A DNA stretch of 64,000 nt from NCBI GenBank assembly GCA_024401305.1, contig JAKSLI010000012.1:2672-66671 (forward strand), in the 5' to 3' direction. Below the pieces are notes generated by a model. That model had not been told where the DNA came from and searched no databases. It worked only from the letters and a program-made list of their open reading frames with translations. This document shows positions 40,483-49,594 of this stretch, piece by piece (the stretch's first letter is position 1; the number at the start of each line of letters is the position of its first letter). The position numbers and the translations under genes are program-made. The DNA comes from Bacteroidaceae bacterium (lineage in GTDB: Bacteria > Bacteroidota > Bacteroidia > Bacteroidales > Bacteroidaceae).

Positions 40483-42468
40483 ATGCTCTCATCAATAATC
40501 TCAAAAATAGAAGAACTCATTGAGCTGAAGAATGCTCCGTTTGCTGACGACCTCTCACGCATAGAGGAAGACTTCCAGCGAATGGCTGAATTCTATGCCC
40601 AAGGAAACATCGACCCGGAACTCAAGAAGGTGTATGACAAACTGCACGACAGGGCGGAAAAACTGCTACTGCAAGTTGAAGCATACGTGCGAACACAGGA
40701 GAAGCCTTTCTATCAGAAGATGCTTTCCGACACAAAGGGAAACTACACACTTGACCTGCTTGAACTTCACAACAAGCTTGAGGATTTCGTGATAGACTTG
40801 ACCATGCTCGATTTGGAAGAAAACGAGGCGGAGAAAGCGGCGAAGAAGAAGAGCATCTACGAGCGTCACTTCGAGTACAGGAAGGTGTTTTTCGCACAGG
40901 TTTTCCTTGCTCCTCATCTTGACAACGATAATGCCAAGGCACTGGAAGAGATTATCCTCTCGTCAAGCATTGACAATGTTGATGCTCAGCTTATTACAAC
41001 AGCCCTCATGCTTTCGTGCATGGATCTCTTCGATAGCAACAAGGCAGACATTCTGTATAATGTTTACAGAAAAACAGACAACGATATTCTTCGCCAGAAA
41101 GCCCTCGTTTCATACGTATTGGGCTTGGAACAGGCAAGCAGTTCTTATGATGTGAACAAGAACCCTCTCTCGCCTTCTCTTCTCGCCCAAATTCAACAGC
41201 AGATTCTTTATACGATAGATAGTCCTCGCGTGGAACGGATTATGCAGCAGGACATTATGCCCGACATAATCAAGAACAGCGAGTTCGACTTCCAGAACAA
41301 TCGAATCATTGCGAAGAAGAAAGACAAGCTCGACGATATTCTCAACCCTCACAAGGACGAGGAAATGATCGAGAAAATGGAAGAGACGATGAAGAAGATG
41401 AAGGAACTTCAGGAGCAAGGCAGCGACCTTTTCTTCGGAGGTTTCCGCTATGTGAAGCATCATCCGTTCTTCTCTTCCGTTGTAAACTGGTTCTGTCCTT
41501 TCGATTTCAACCATCCACAGATGCCTGTATTCGACAATGTTGACGACAGGAACATCATCGCGAAACTCATCACTCGCACGCCTTTCTGCGACAGCGACAA
41601 ATACTCCTTTGTCATTTCAATGAAGAATGCCATTGGCACCATTCCTCCAGAGATGAAGCAGATGCTGAAGAATGGTGAGGCACAACTTGACATCGTTGGT
41701 GGAGGCGATGTGGTGCGAAACGCAGCCTTCATTCGCCGAACATACCTTCAGGACATCTACCGCTTCCTCAAGATTTGCAATTGGGCGAAGGGACTTTACA
41801 GTTTCATCAACGCAAAGCACGGCTTGGTGGTACTGCCTTTCCTGAGAGAAGGTGTTAATGCGTATGACGAAACAGGAATGAGCGTGGCAAAGACCTTGAA
41901 GAAGTTCAACAATGAATTGCTGAACGACAGGCTCTTCAGCGATTGGCACCCATACACGACAGAAGCAAAGATCTACAAGGCTTTCTGCATAATGGCTACC
42001 GAGAATTACATCGATGCGGAGAAACTGCTGGTGGAAGTGCTGAATGAAGACGAACATAACGTGCAGGCACTCTTCGGAATCACGAAATCTCATTTCGAGG
42101 ACTTCTCTCCAGAACTGTTTGAACCTTTCAAGGACAATGCGATAAAGAGTTTGCTCGCGCTGTATTTCAAGAACGAGAAAGACATCAGCGTGCAGCATAA
42201 TCTTGTGCGTGCCTATCTTCTCGCAGGCGAAAACGACAAGGCTTTGCAATATGCCATTCCGATCATCGAAAGCGGCAAGGGTGATGATTTCGAGTTCACT
42301 TTTGCTGCCATCCATTTCTTCAATACAGGCAATGTCAAGAAGGGCTTCTCTTATCTCAAGAAGACAAACGATGACCTTGAGGAAATCTTTGAATGTGCTG
42401 AAAACTACCAGATGCCATTCTCCATCGTGCAAAAAGACCTGATAGCAAAGATTCTTCCCGAAGAATAA
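40483..42468 (+). CDS. Conserved Bacteroidales TPR-containing protein
   Basis: Helical protein with G.DLFFGGF...K..PFF....NWF.PF and FCDSDKYSF motifs. Confidence 0.7.
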   Translation: MLSSIISKIEELIELKNAPFADDLSRIEEDFQRMAEFYAQGNIDPELKKVYDKLHDRAEKLLLQVEAYVRTQEKPFYQKMLSDTKGNYTLDLLELHNKLEDFVIDLTMLDLEENEAEKAAKKKSIYERHFEYRKVFFAQVFLAPHLDNDNAKALEEIILSSSIDNVDAQLITTALMLSCMDLFDSNKADILYNVYRKTDNDILRQKALVSYVLGLEQASSSYDVNKNPLSPSLLAQIQQQILYTIDSPRVERIMQQDIMPDIIKNSEFDFQNNRIIAKKKDKLDDILNPHKDEEMIEKMEETMKKMKELQEQGSDLFFGGFRYVKHHPFFSSVVNWFCPFDFNHPQMPVFDNVDDRNIIAKLITRTPFCDSDKYSFVISMKNAIGTIPPEMKQMLKNGEAQLDIVGGGDVVRNAAFIRRTYLQDIYRFLKICNWAKGLYSFINAKHGLVVLPFLREGVNAYDETGMSVAKTLKKFNNELLNDRLFSDWHPYTTEAKIYKAFCIMATENYIDAEKLLVEVLNEDEHNVQALFGITKSHFEDFSPELFEPFKDNAIKSLLALYFKNEKDISVQHNLVRAYLLAGENDKALQYAIPIIESGKGDDFEFTFAAIHFFNTGNVKKGFSYLKKTNDDLEEIFECAENYQMPFSIVQKDLIAKILPEE

Positions 42469-42499
42469 TTCAAGATACTAACCTACACAATTTCGTGAC

Positions 42500-43573
42500 A
42501 TGAAAATAACCCGAAAACTAATCTCTACACTGGCTTTTTCGTTCGCACTGACGGCAACTGCCCCACTCCATGCTCAGGAGAACCTGCAGAAAGGCGATCA
42601 TTTCCTTTACTGCCACATGAGCGGACGAGGAGAATGGACAGCTTACGCGGTCAGCAAAGACGGTCTTCACTATCAGGATTTGCTTGGCGGCGAACCTGTC
42701 TTTGACCCGCAAGTTCACGCCCGCATTGAAGGTGGCACTCGCGATGCCTTCATCTGTCGTAAGCATGATGGCAGCGGTTTTCTGATGGTGACAACGGATA
42801 TGCTCGTAGCCAAAAGCAAGAAGTGGGACAACTATGGCATTGACCTTCTCACTTCAAAAGACCTTATCAATTGGGAATCAACGACTTTCGACTTCCGCAA
42901 GGGTGCCGCGATATTCTCTGACAAGGATACTCCCGACACTTACAAGGATTATTCTACCATACGTCGTGTTTGGGCTCCGCAGATTCTTTGGAATGCCGAC
43001 TACACTTGGCCTAACGGAAAGAAGGGCGGCTACTTCATCTACTATTCGCTTCTCAACGACAAAAACGGCGAAGACCCTTACGACCGTATGTATTACAGCT
43101 ATGCCGATGAATCGTTCACAACTCTTACAAAGCCTCGCTTGATGTTCGACTGGGGGTATGCTACGATAGATGCCGACATCAATTTCCTCAAGACAGATGG
43201 CATGTATCACATGATGATAAAGAAGGAAGGCGGTCAACCTGGCATCTTTACCACAGCAAGCAAGACGCTCGAGGGCGGTTATCCAGAACCTGTGAGCGAC
43301 GATTATGTAAACTTCGAAGGCAAGAAGAAGTGCGAAGGTGTCTCTGCTTTCCAGATTCCTGGCGAAAAGGGATGGCGAATTGCTTACATCGAATATTCTT
43401 CAAAGCCACGCCACTACCGCATCTGCGAGGCTGACGAATATATGCGAAACTTCAAGAACCCTCACGACATCGACGGCGTTGCCGACCCTCAGCACGGCTC
43501 TTTCATGCGAATTACGAAGAAGGAGTACAAGAGGCTCGTGAAATGGAGCGAGAAAACTAACACTAAACACTAA
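42500..43573 (+). CDS. GH43-like five-bladed beta-propeller glycosidase
   Basis: Signal peptide; TRDAFI, VWAPQ, TIDADI, CEG, QHGSF. Confidence 0.8.
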   Translation: MKITRKLISTLAFSFALTATAPLHAQENLQKGDHFLYCHMSGRGEWTAYAVSKDGLHYQDLLGGEPVFDPQVHARIEGGTRDAFICRKHDGSGFLMVTTDMLVAKSKKWDNYGIDLLTSKDLINWESTTFDFRKGAAIFSDKDTPDTYKDYSTIRRVWAPQILWNADYTWPNGKKGGYFIYYSLLNDKNGEDPYDRMYYSYADESFTTLTKPRLMFDWGYATIDADINFLKTDGMYHMMIKKEGGQPGIFTTASKTLEGGYPEPVSDDYVNFEGKKKCEGVSAFQIPGEKGWRIAYIEYSSKPRHYRICEADEYMRNFKNPHDIDGVADPQHGSFMRITKKEYKRLVKWSEKTNTKH

Positions 43574-43610
43574 ATAACACTAAACACTAAATACTAAATA
43601 CTAAATAACA
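43555..43610. repeat. Degenerate heptamer run (CACTAAA/TACTAAA)
   Basis: actaacactaaacactaaataacactaaacactaaatactaaatactaaata spanning the GH43 stop codon. Confidence 0.8.
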
Positions 43611-43630
43611 AAACGACTAACCACAACAAT

Positions 43631-45247
43631 ATGAAGAAATATCTTTTACTTCTCCTATCATTTCTAACCCTTACAGCATCAGCCCAAGCTCCTCAGGTTA
43701 TGGAGGATGTCAACAAGGTCGTTGACAACACACCAGACAGCATCGCGAAAGCCCTCATGGCTCGCCCTGCTCCCGGCACAACACGCAAAGGCAATCAGCC
43801 TGTGCTTTTCCTCGTCGGCAACTCAACAATGCGCAACGGTACTCTCGGCAATGGCAACAACGGCCAGTGGGGTTGGGGATATTTCGCCCCTAACTTCTAC
43901 GACGAGAACCTCATCGCCGTTGAAAACCAGGCTCTTGGCGGAATGTCAACACGCACGTTCTATACAAAGCTATGGCCTGCCATTCGCGAGGCTCTTCGTC
44001 CGGGCGACTATGTAATAGTTTCCATCGGTCACAACGACGGCGGACCTATCGATGAAGGTCGTGCTCGCTCCGTTCTTTCTGGCGTTGGTCCTGACTCAGT
44101 GAATGTCACCATCAAGGAGACTGGCGTGAAGGAAACCGTTTGGACTTACGGTGGCTATATCCGTAAATATATTAATGAAACACGCGCGAAGGGAGCTACG
44201 CCAATCCTCATGTCGCTCACACCTCGCAACGCTTACGAGAACGGCAAGATCATCCGCAAGCCACAAGGACCTTGGCTCGATGAGGTAGGAAAGCAGATGA
44301 ATGTTGCTTACATCGACCTCAATGAGATTTCTGGCGCAAAGCTCGACTCTTACGGAGAATGGAAGACAAACTACCACTTCACTTCCGCCGACAAAATCCA
44401 CACCTCAAAGTTTGGCGCAGAACTCAACGCACGCTCCGCTGCCGAGGGCATCATGGCATGCCAGCACCCTACCCTTTTCCCTCTCAAGGCAATGATGAAG
44501 AATGTTGCTTTGCCAATGGTTGATGTCAAGCGTGAGGAAGGCAAGCCTGTAGTGTTCTTTGCTGGCGATTCCACTGTCAAGAATGCCGACAAGGATGATG
44601 ATTCCATGTGGGGCTGGGGTTCCGTTGCTTCTACCGTCTTCGACACAACGAAGGTCACTCTTGCCAACTGCGCTATGGCAGGTCGTTCTACTCGCACCTT
44701 CCTCAACGAAGGCCGTTGGGAGAAGATATACAATTCCGTTAAACCAGGCGATTATGTCATCATACAGTTCGGCCACAACGACATCGGCGACATCGACAAG
44801 GGCAAGATGCGTGGCGTCATGGCAGAGTCTAAGGACACTTGCAAGGTCTTCTGCATGGAAGGCTCGAAGATGTACGAAGTAGTATATTCTTTCGGCTGGT
44901 ACCTGAAGAAGTTCATTCAGGATGTTCGTGAAAAGGGCGGCACACCAATTCTCGTTTCACTCACACCTCGCAACATCTGGAAGGACGGCAAGGTGGAGCG
45001 TCGTAACGACACTTACGGCAAGTGGTATCGTGAGGTTGTAGAAGAGACAGGCGTTGAGTTCGTTGATGTTCACAACATCACAGCCGACTTCCTTGACAAG
45101 AAATACAAGAATGAAGCAAAGCCTCAGAAAGAGTTCTTCAAGAAGGACCACACTCACACAGGCAAGCGCGGAGCACTCCAAAATGCAAAGAGTTTTGCCA
45201 AGGGTTTGAAGCAAACAAATAGTTCATTGAAAGCATATCTCAAATAA
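43631..45247 (+). CDS. Tandem CE12 (SGNH) rhamnogalacturonan acetylesterase
   Basis: Two SGNH domains: GNST/GGMSTR/GHND/DKIH and GDST/AGRSTR/QFGHND/DHTH. Confidence 0.88.
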   Translation: MKKYLLLLLSFLTLTASAQAPQVMEDVNKVVDNTPDSIAKALMARPAPGTTRKGNQPVLFLVGNSTMRNGTLGNGNNGQWGWGYFAPNFYDENLIAVENQALGGMSTRTFYTKLWPAIREALRPGDYVIVSIGHNDGGPIDEGRARSVLSGVGPDSVNVTIKETGVKETVWTYGGYIRKYINETRAKGATPILMSLTPRNAYENGKIIRKPQGPWLDEVGKQMNVAYIDLNEISGAKLDSYGEWKTNYHFTSADKIHTSKFGAELNARSAAEGIMACQHPTLFPLKAMMKNVALPMVDVKREEGKPVVFFAGDSTVKNADKDDDSMWGWGSVASTVFDTTKVTLANCAMAGRSTRTFLNEGRWEKIYNSVKPGDYVIIQFGHNDIGDIDKGKMRGVMAESKDTCKVFCMEGSKMYEVVYSFGWYLKKFIQDVREKGGTPILVSLTPRNIWKDGKVERRNDTYGKWYREVVEETGVEFVDVHNITADFLDKKYKNEAKPQKEFFKKDHTHTGKRGALQNAKSFAKGLKQTNSSLKAYLK

Positions 45248-45257
45248 AAACGCCAAA

Positions 45258-46574
45258 ATGAAAAAGTTCCTCATATTCATTCTATTACTTTGTTCTTCAG
45301 CTACTTTCGCAGCATCAAAGAAGCAAACGAAAGCACCGGTTTCCGACCGCGAGTATTGGGCAAGCATAGCATACAAGATGGCGGCTCCCGTGCTCAAGAA
45401 CATGGCAGAAGGCAAACTCCAGGAGAACATGCAGCTCGAGCTCTCTCCTACATGGGACGGTCGTGACAAGAAAGTTGCCTACATGGAATGTTTCGGCAGA
45501 TTGATTGCCGGCATCGCTCCTTGGCTCGCACTCCCTGATGACGACACACCCGAAGGCGTTCAGCGCAAGCTGCTCCGTGAATGGGCTATAAAGGCATTCG
45601 CAAATGCTGTTGACCCAGAGAGTCCTGACTATCTCGGATGGACAAACGGCGGTCAGACTCTTGTTGATGCAGCCTATGTGGTGCAAGGTCTCTATCGTGC
45701 ATACGACGCTCTCTGGAAACCTCTCGACGATGTCACAAAGCAGCGTTATTTCAAGGAACTCGAAGGACTTCACCGTTACGATCCTCCATATACAAACTGG
45801 ATTCTCTTCGTTTCCATGGAAGAATGTTTCCGCCTTTATGCAGGCGACAAGAACTTCGACCAGTATCGCATCCATCAGGCAATGAACAAGGCTGAGGAAT
45901 GGTATGTCGGCGACGGTTGGTACAGCGATGGACAGGCTTTTGCCTTCGACTATTACAACGCATACGTCATTCAGCCGATGTATGTGGAATGCCTTGAGAT
46001 GATCAAGGCTCGCAAGCCTAACGACACTTACATGTGCCGTAATGCGGGAAGCAGAAATGGTGTTGGCAAGCGACTTGAGGATGCCGTAAAGCGAATGCAG
46101 CGATTCGGAATGATTCTCGAAAGAATGATTTCGCCAGAAGGAACTTATCCTGTTTTCGGTCGTTCCATCCCTTATCGCATGGCAGTCTTCCAGCCTCTCG
46201 CACAGTTGGCTTGGCGCAAGCAGTTGCCAAAGGAACTCACTGAAGGTCAGGTTCGTGCAGGACTTACAGCCGTCATGAAGCGAATGTTTGGCGAGGACCC
46301 TGACAAGGGTTCTAAGGCTGGCAAGAACTTCACTGACGACGGCTATCTGACAATCGGTTTCGTTGGTGCACATCCGAATGTAGCCGATTGGTACACGAAC
46401 AACGGTAGCCTTTACATCACATCTGAAGTGTTCATGCCTCTCGGTCTTCCTGCAGACGACTCCTTCTGGACATCACCTGCCGAGGATTGGACATCTAAGA
46501 AAGCCTGGGAAGGACAAGATTTCCCTAAGGACCATCGTGCAAAGGATCTCCCTCAAAAGCTTCACTGGGAATAG
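45258..46574 (+). CDS. DUF2264 protein (family overlapping CAZy GH154)
   Basis: ECFGRL.AG.APWL, QTLVDAAY, NWILF, WYVGDGWYSDG, DYYN, GRS..YR, Y.NNGSLY. Confidence 0.8.
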   Translation: MKKFLIFILLLCSSATFAASKKQTKAPVSDREYWASIAYKMAAPVLKNMAEGKLQENMQLELSPTWDGRDKKVAYMECFGRLIAGIAPWLALPDDDTPEGVQRKLLREWAIKAFANAVDPESPDYLGWTNGGQTLVDAAYVVQGLYRAYDALWKPLDDVTKQRYFKELEGLHRYDPPYTNWILFVSMEECFRLYAGDKNFDQYRIHQAMNKAEEWYVGDGWYSDGQAFAFDYYNAYVIQPMYVECLEMIKARKPNDTYMCRNAGSRNGVGKRLEDAVKRMQRFGMILERMISPEGTYPVFGRSIPYRMAVFQPLAQLAWRKQLPKELTEGQVRAGLTAVMKRMFGEDPDKGSKAGKNFTDDGYLTIGFVGAHPNVADWYTNNGSLYITSEVFMPLGLPADDSFWTSPAEDWTSKKAWEGQDFPKDHRAKDLPQKLHWE

Positions 46575-46602
46575 CAAAAGTAATAAGTAATAAGTATTAA
46601 GT

Positions 46603-49569
46603 ATGATTACTTTTTCCTCTATGTCACATAAACTCTCTTTTCTCCTTCTTTTTTTCACCCTACATTATTCTCTATCCGCAGCCGCTCAGGCTCTCCCCCG
46701 ATCGGGGGAGTTGGAGGGGGCTATTGACCTCTCTGGCGAATGGAACATAAAGTACAAAGGCAATAAAGGCAATGTGGAGACCACGATTCATCTCCCTGGC
46801 TCCATGCTTACAAACGGTCTTGGCGACAAAGTTACGATAGACACGAAATGGGTAAGCAGCCTTTACGATTCTTCCTATTACTTCAATCCAGCTATGGAGA
46901 AATATCGCCGTGAAGAGAACATCAAGTTCCCGTTCTTCCTCACTCCGAAAACCCATTATGTTGGAAATGCCGTCTATTCGCGCAAGGTCTTCGTTCCAAA
47001 GGAATGGAAGAAGAAGCGAGTCATTCTTCATCTTGAGCGCCCGCATATCGAGGCTTCGGTCTATGTGAACGACAAGTTCATAGGCAAGGATTCCACTCTC
47101 TCCGTGCCACATTATTTCGATGTTACCGATGCCGTTATCTTTGGCAAGGAAAACTCACTTCGCATCAATATTTACAACGGAATAGAGAATGTCTGCGTTG
47201 GCCAGGACTCTCACTCAGTTACCGACCAGACACAAGGCGACTGGAATGGCATTGCAGGCAAGCTTGAGCTTATTTCACGCCCACAGCAGTTCATCGACGA
47301 AATGCAGATTTTCCCTAATGTCAAGGAAAAGAACATTCGCGTGGAACTCACCCTTGCCAACGCTCGGAAGGCTCTTAGGAAGAAGGCTGAATGCACTATC
47401 CGATTCAAGGGAATGAAGATTTCAGAGGCATCGCAATCAATAGTTTTCGACAAGACGGGAAAGGCTACGCTCACTCTCGATGTTCCAAACGCGCAACTAT
47501 GGGATGAGTTCACGCCAAACATCTACGAACTTTCCTTTACCATTGACGGTGAGACGGTTACAGAACATTTCGGAATGCGCGAGATAAGCACTAACGGTCG
47601 TGAGATGATTCTAAACGGTCATCCTATTTATATCCGTGGCACCGTAGGAAACTGCTGCTTCCCAGACACCGGTTTCCCTCCTACCGACGAGAAGTCATGG
47701 CTTAGGATTTTCCAGAAGTGCAAGGAGTATGGTCTTAACATGATGCGATTCCACTCCTATTGTCCACCGGAAGCTGCCTTCACTGCTGCCGACAAGGCTG
47801 GTTTCTATCTTCAGCCGGAAGGACCATCATGGCCAAACCACGGCGTGAAGCTCGGCAACGGAATGACCATCGACAAATATCTCCTTCAGGAAACTGAACG
47901 AATGGTGAAGGAATACGGCAACCACCCTTCATTCTGCATGCTTGCTGCCGGCAACGAACCTGCGGGCAACTGGGTGAAATGGGTTGGCGATTTCTGCGAC
48001 CACTGGCGTGCCACAGGCGACAATCGTCGCATCTACTGCGGTGCTTCCGTTGGTGGCGGCTGGGCATTCGACCCTAAGAGCGACTATCATGTGAAGGGCG
48101 GCGCACGCGGACTCGACTGGGATCGTCATGCACCACAGGCAACCGACGATTACTCTGCTGCTGTTACCGAATTCGTACAGAAGGGTCGCACTACAACCAC
48201 TTTCAAGATCAACGAACCTTATCTCTCGCACGAACAAGGACAATGGTGCGCGTTCCCTGATTTCAAAGAGATTTCACAGTATAAGGGTGTTTACAAAGCA
48301 GGAAACTTCGAGATTTTCCGCGATATTCTTACCGATAATGGCATGGCATCACAGGCAGAGAAGTTCCTGCATGCCAGCGGTAAGCTTCAGACACTTGCCT
48401 ACAAGTATGAGGTGGAACGCAACCTCCGCACGCCTAACTATACTGGTTTCCAGCTTCTTTCCCTCAACGACTACAGCGGACAGGGAACGGCTCTTGTGGG
48501 CGTTCTCAATGTATATTGGCGTGAGAAAGGCTACTGTACTGCAAAGGACTGGACACAGTTCTGCGCTCCTGTAGTTCCGCTTGTCCACATGCCTCGATTC
48601 GTGTTCGAAGGTGGCGATGCGTTTCGCGCTGATGTTTCCGTATATAACGCTACTGCAAAAGAGTTGAAGGACAAATCCCTCGTCTGCATGTTGAAGAAGG
48701 GAAACGGCGAATCCGCTGGAGTCTTGAAAGTGGCGGAAAACATGGACTTTGCCATCGGCAAGAACCTTAACATCGGCAAACTGGAGTTTAACATTCCTGA
48801 AGTTACGGAACCTACAAAGTTCACTCTCGAGATAAACTTCGACAATTGGGATTCCTACTTGAATCACGCTCCTGGCATGAACTCATACGACTTCTGGGTT
48901 TACCCATCCCTATCTGCCAATCCGGATGGCTCTACCCTCCCCCGTTCGGGGGAGTTGGAGGGGGCTTACATCTCCGACACTCTCGACACTAAGGCACTTT
49001 CTGTATTGAAGAAGGGTGGCAAGGTGCTTCTCACGGCTGCGGGAAAGGTTACTATGGGCGACGATGTGAAGCAGACATACCTCCCTGTATTCTGGAATAC
49101 AAGTTGGTTCAAGATGCGTCCGCCACATACCACAGGCGCTACCATCGACACCTCTCACCCACTCTTCCGCAACTTCCCTACCGACGATTGGGCAAACCTC
49201 AACTGGCACGAGCTTCTCAACCGCGCACAGGTCATCAACCTTCAGGACTTCCCTACCGACTATCAGCCTTGCATCCAACCTATCGACACATGGCACGTAA
49301 GCCGTAAGCTCGGTATGCTTGCAGAAGTGAATATTGAAGGTGGCGGCAAGCTACTCATCACGACGATGGATATCCAGAACAACCTCGACTCACGTCCTGT
49401 AGCCCACCAGATGCGCAAGGCTATCCTTGAATACATCAACAGCAACGAATTCAATCCGCAGTTCACGGTGAACATCCAAACCATCAGCGACCTTTACACC
49501 AAGCGTGCAAAACCAGTCAACATGTTCACTAACGAATCGCCAGACGAATTGAAGCCAAAGCTTAAATAA
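46603..49569 (+). CDS. GH2 glycoside hydrolase
   Basis: IDLSGEW, WNGIAG, LWDEF.PN.Y, FGMR, YGLN..RFHS, YGNHPSF...GNE, SHEQGQW; true start may be 46621. Confidence 0.88.
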   Translation: MITFSSMSHKLSFLLLFFTLHYSLSAAAQALPRSGELEGAIDLSGEWNIKYKGNKGNVETTIHLPGSMLTNGLGDKVTIDTKWVSSLYDSSYYFNPAMEKYRREENIKFPFFLTPKTHYVGNAVYSRKVFVPKEWKKKRVILHLERPHIEASVYVNDKFIGKDSTLSVPHYFDVTDAVIFGKENSLRINIYNGIENVCVGQDSHSVTDQTQGDWNGIAGKLELISRPQQFIDEMQIFPNVKEKNIRVELTLANARKALRKKAECTIRFKGMKISEASQSIVFDKTGKATLTLDVPNAQLWDEFTPNIYELSFTIDGETVTEHFGMREISTNGREMILNGHPIYIRGTVGNCCFPDTGFPPTDEKSWLRIFQKCKEYGLNMMRFHSYCPPEAAFTAADKAGFYLQPEGPSWPNHGVKLGNGMTIDKYLLQETERMVKEYGNHPSFCMLAAGNEPAGNWVKWVGDFCDHWRATGDNRRIYCGASVGGGWAFDPKSDYHVKGGARGLDWDRHAPQATDDYSAAVTEFVQKGRTTTTFKINEPYLSHEQGQWCAFPDFKEISQYKGVYKAGNFEIFRDILTDNGMASQAEKFLHASGKLQTLAYKYEVERNLRTPNYTGFQLLSLNDYSGQGTALVGVLNVYWREKGYCTAKDWTQFCAPVVPLVHMPRFVFEGGDAFRADVSVYNATAKELKDKSLVCMLKKGNGESAGVLKVAENMDFAIGKNLNIGKLEFNIPEVTEPTKFTLEINFDNWDSYLNHAPGMNSYDFWVYPSLSANPDGSTLPRSGELEGAYISDTLDTKALSVLKKGGKVLLTAAGKVTMGDDVKQTYLPVFWNTSWFKMRPPHTTGATIDTSHPLFRNFPTDDWANLNWHELLNRAQVINLQDFPTDYQPCIQPIDTWHVSRKLGMLAEVNIEGGGKLLITTMDIQNNLDSRPVAHQMRKAILEYINSNEFNPQFTVNIQTISDLYTKRAKPVNMFTNESPDELKPKLK
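46693..46722 (+). repeat. GC-rich palindromic repeat, copy 1 (in-frame in GH2)
   Basis: ctcccccgatcgggggagttggagggggct encodes LPRSGELEGA. Confidence 0.85.
48937..48966 (+). repeat. GC-rich palindromic repeat, copy 2 (in-frame in GH2)
   Basis: ctcccccgttcgggggagttggagggggct, 29/30 identical to copy 1, same peptide. Confidence 0.85.
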
Positions 49570-49594
49570 CGATAAATTTTTATAACTTCATTTC

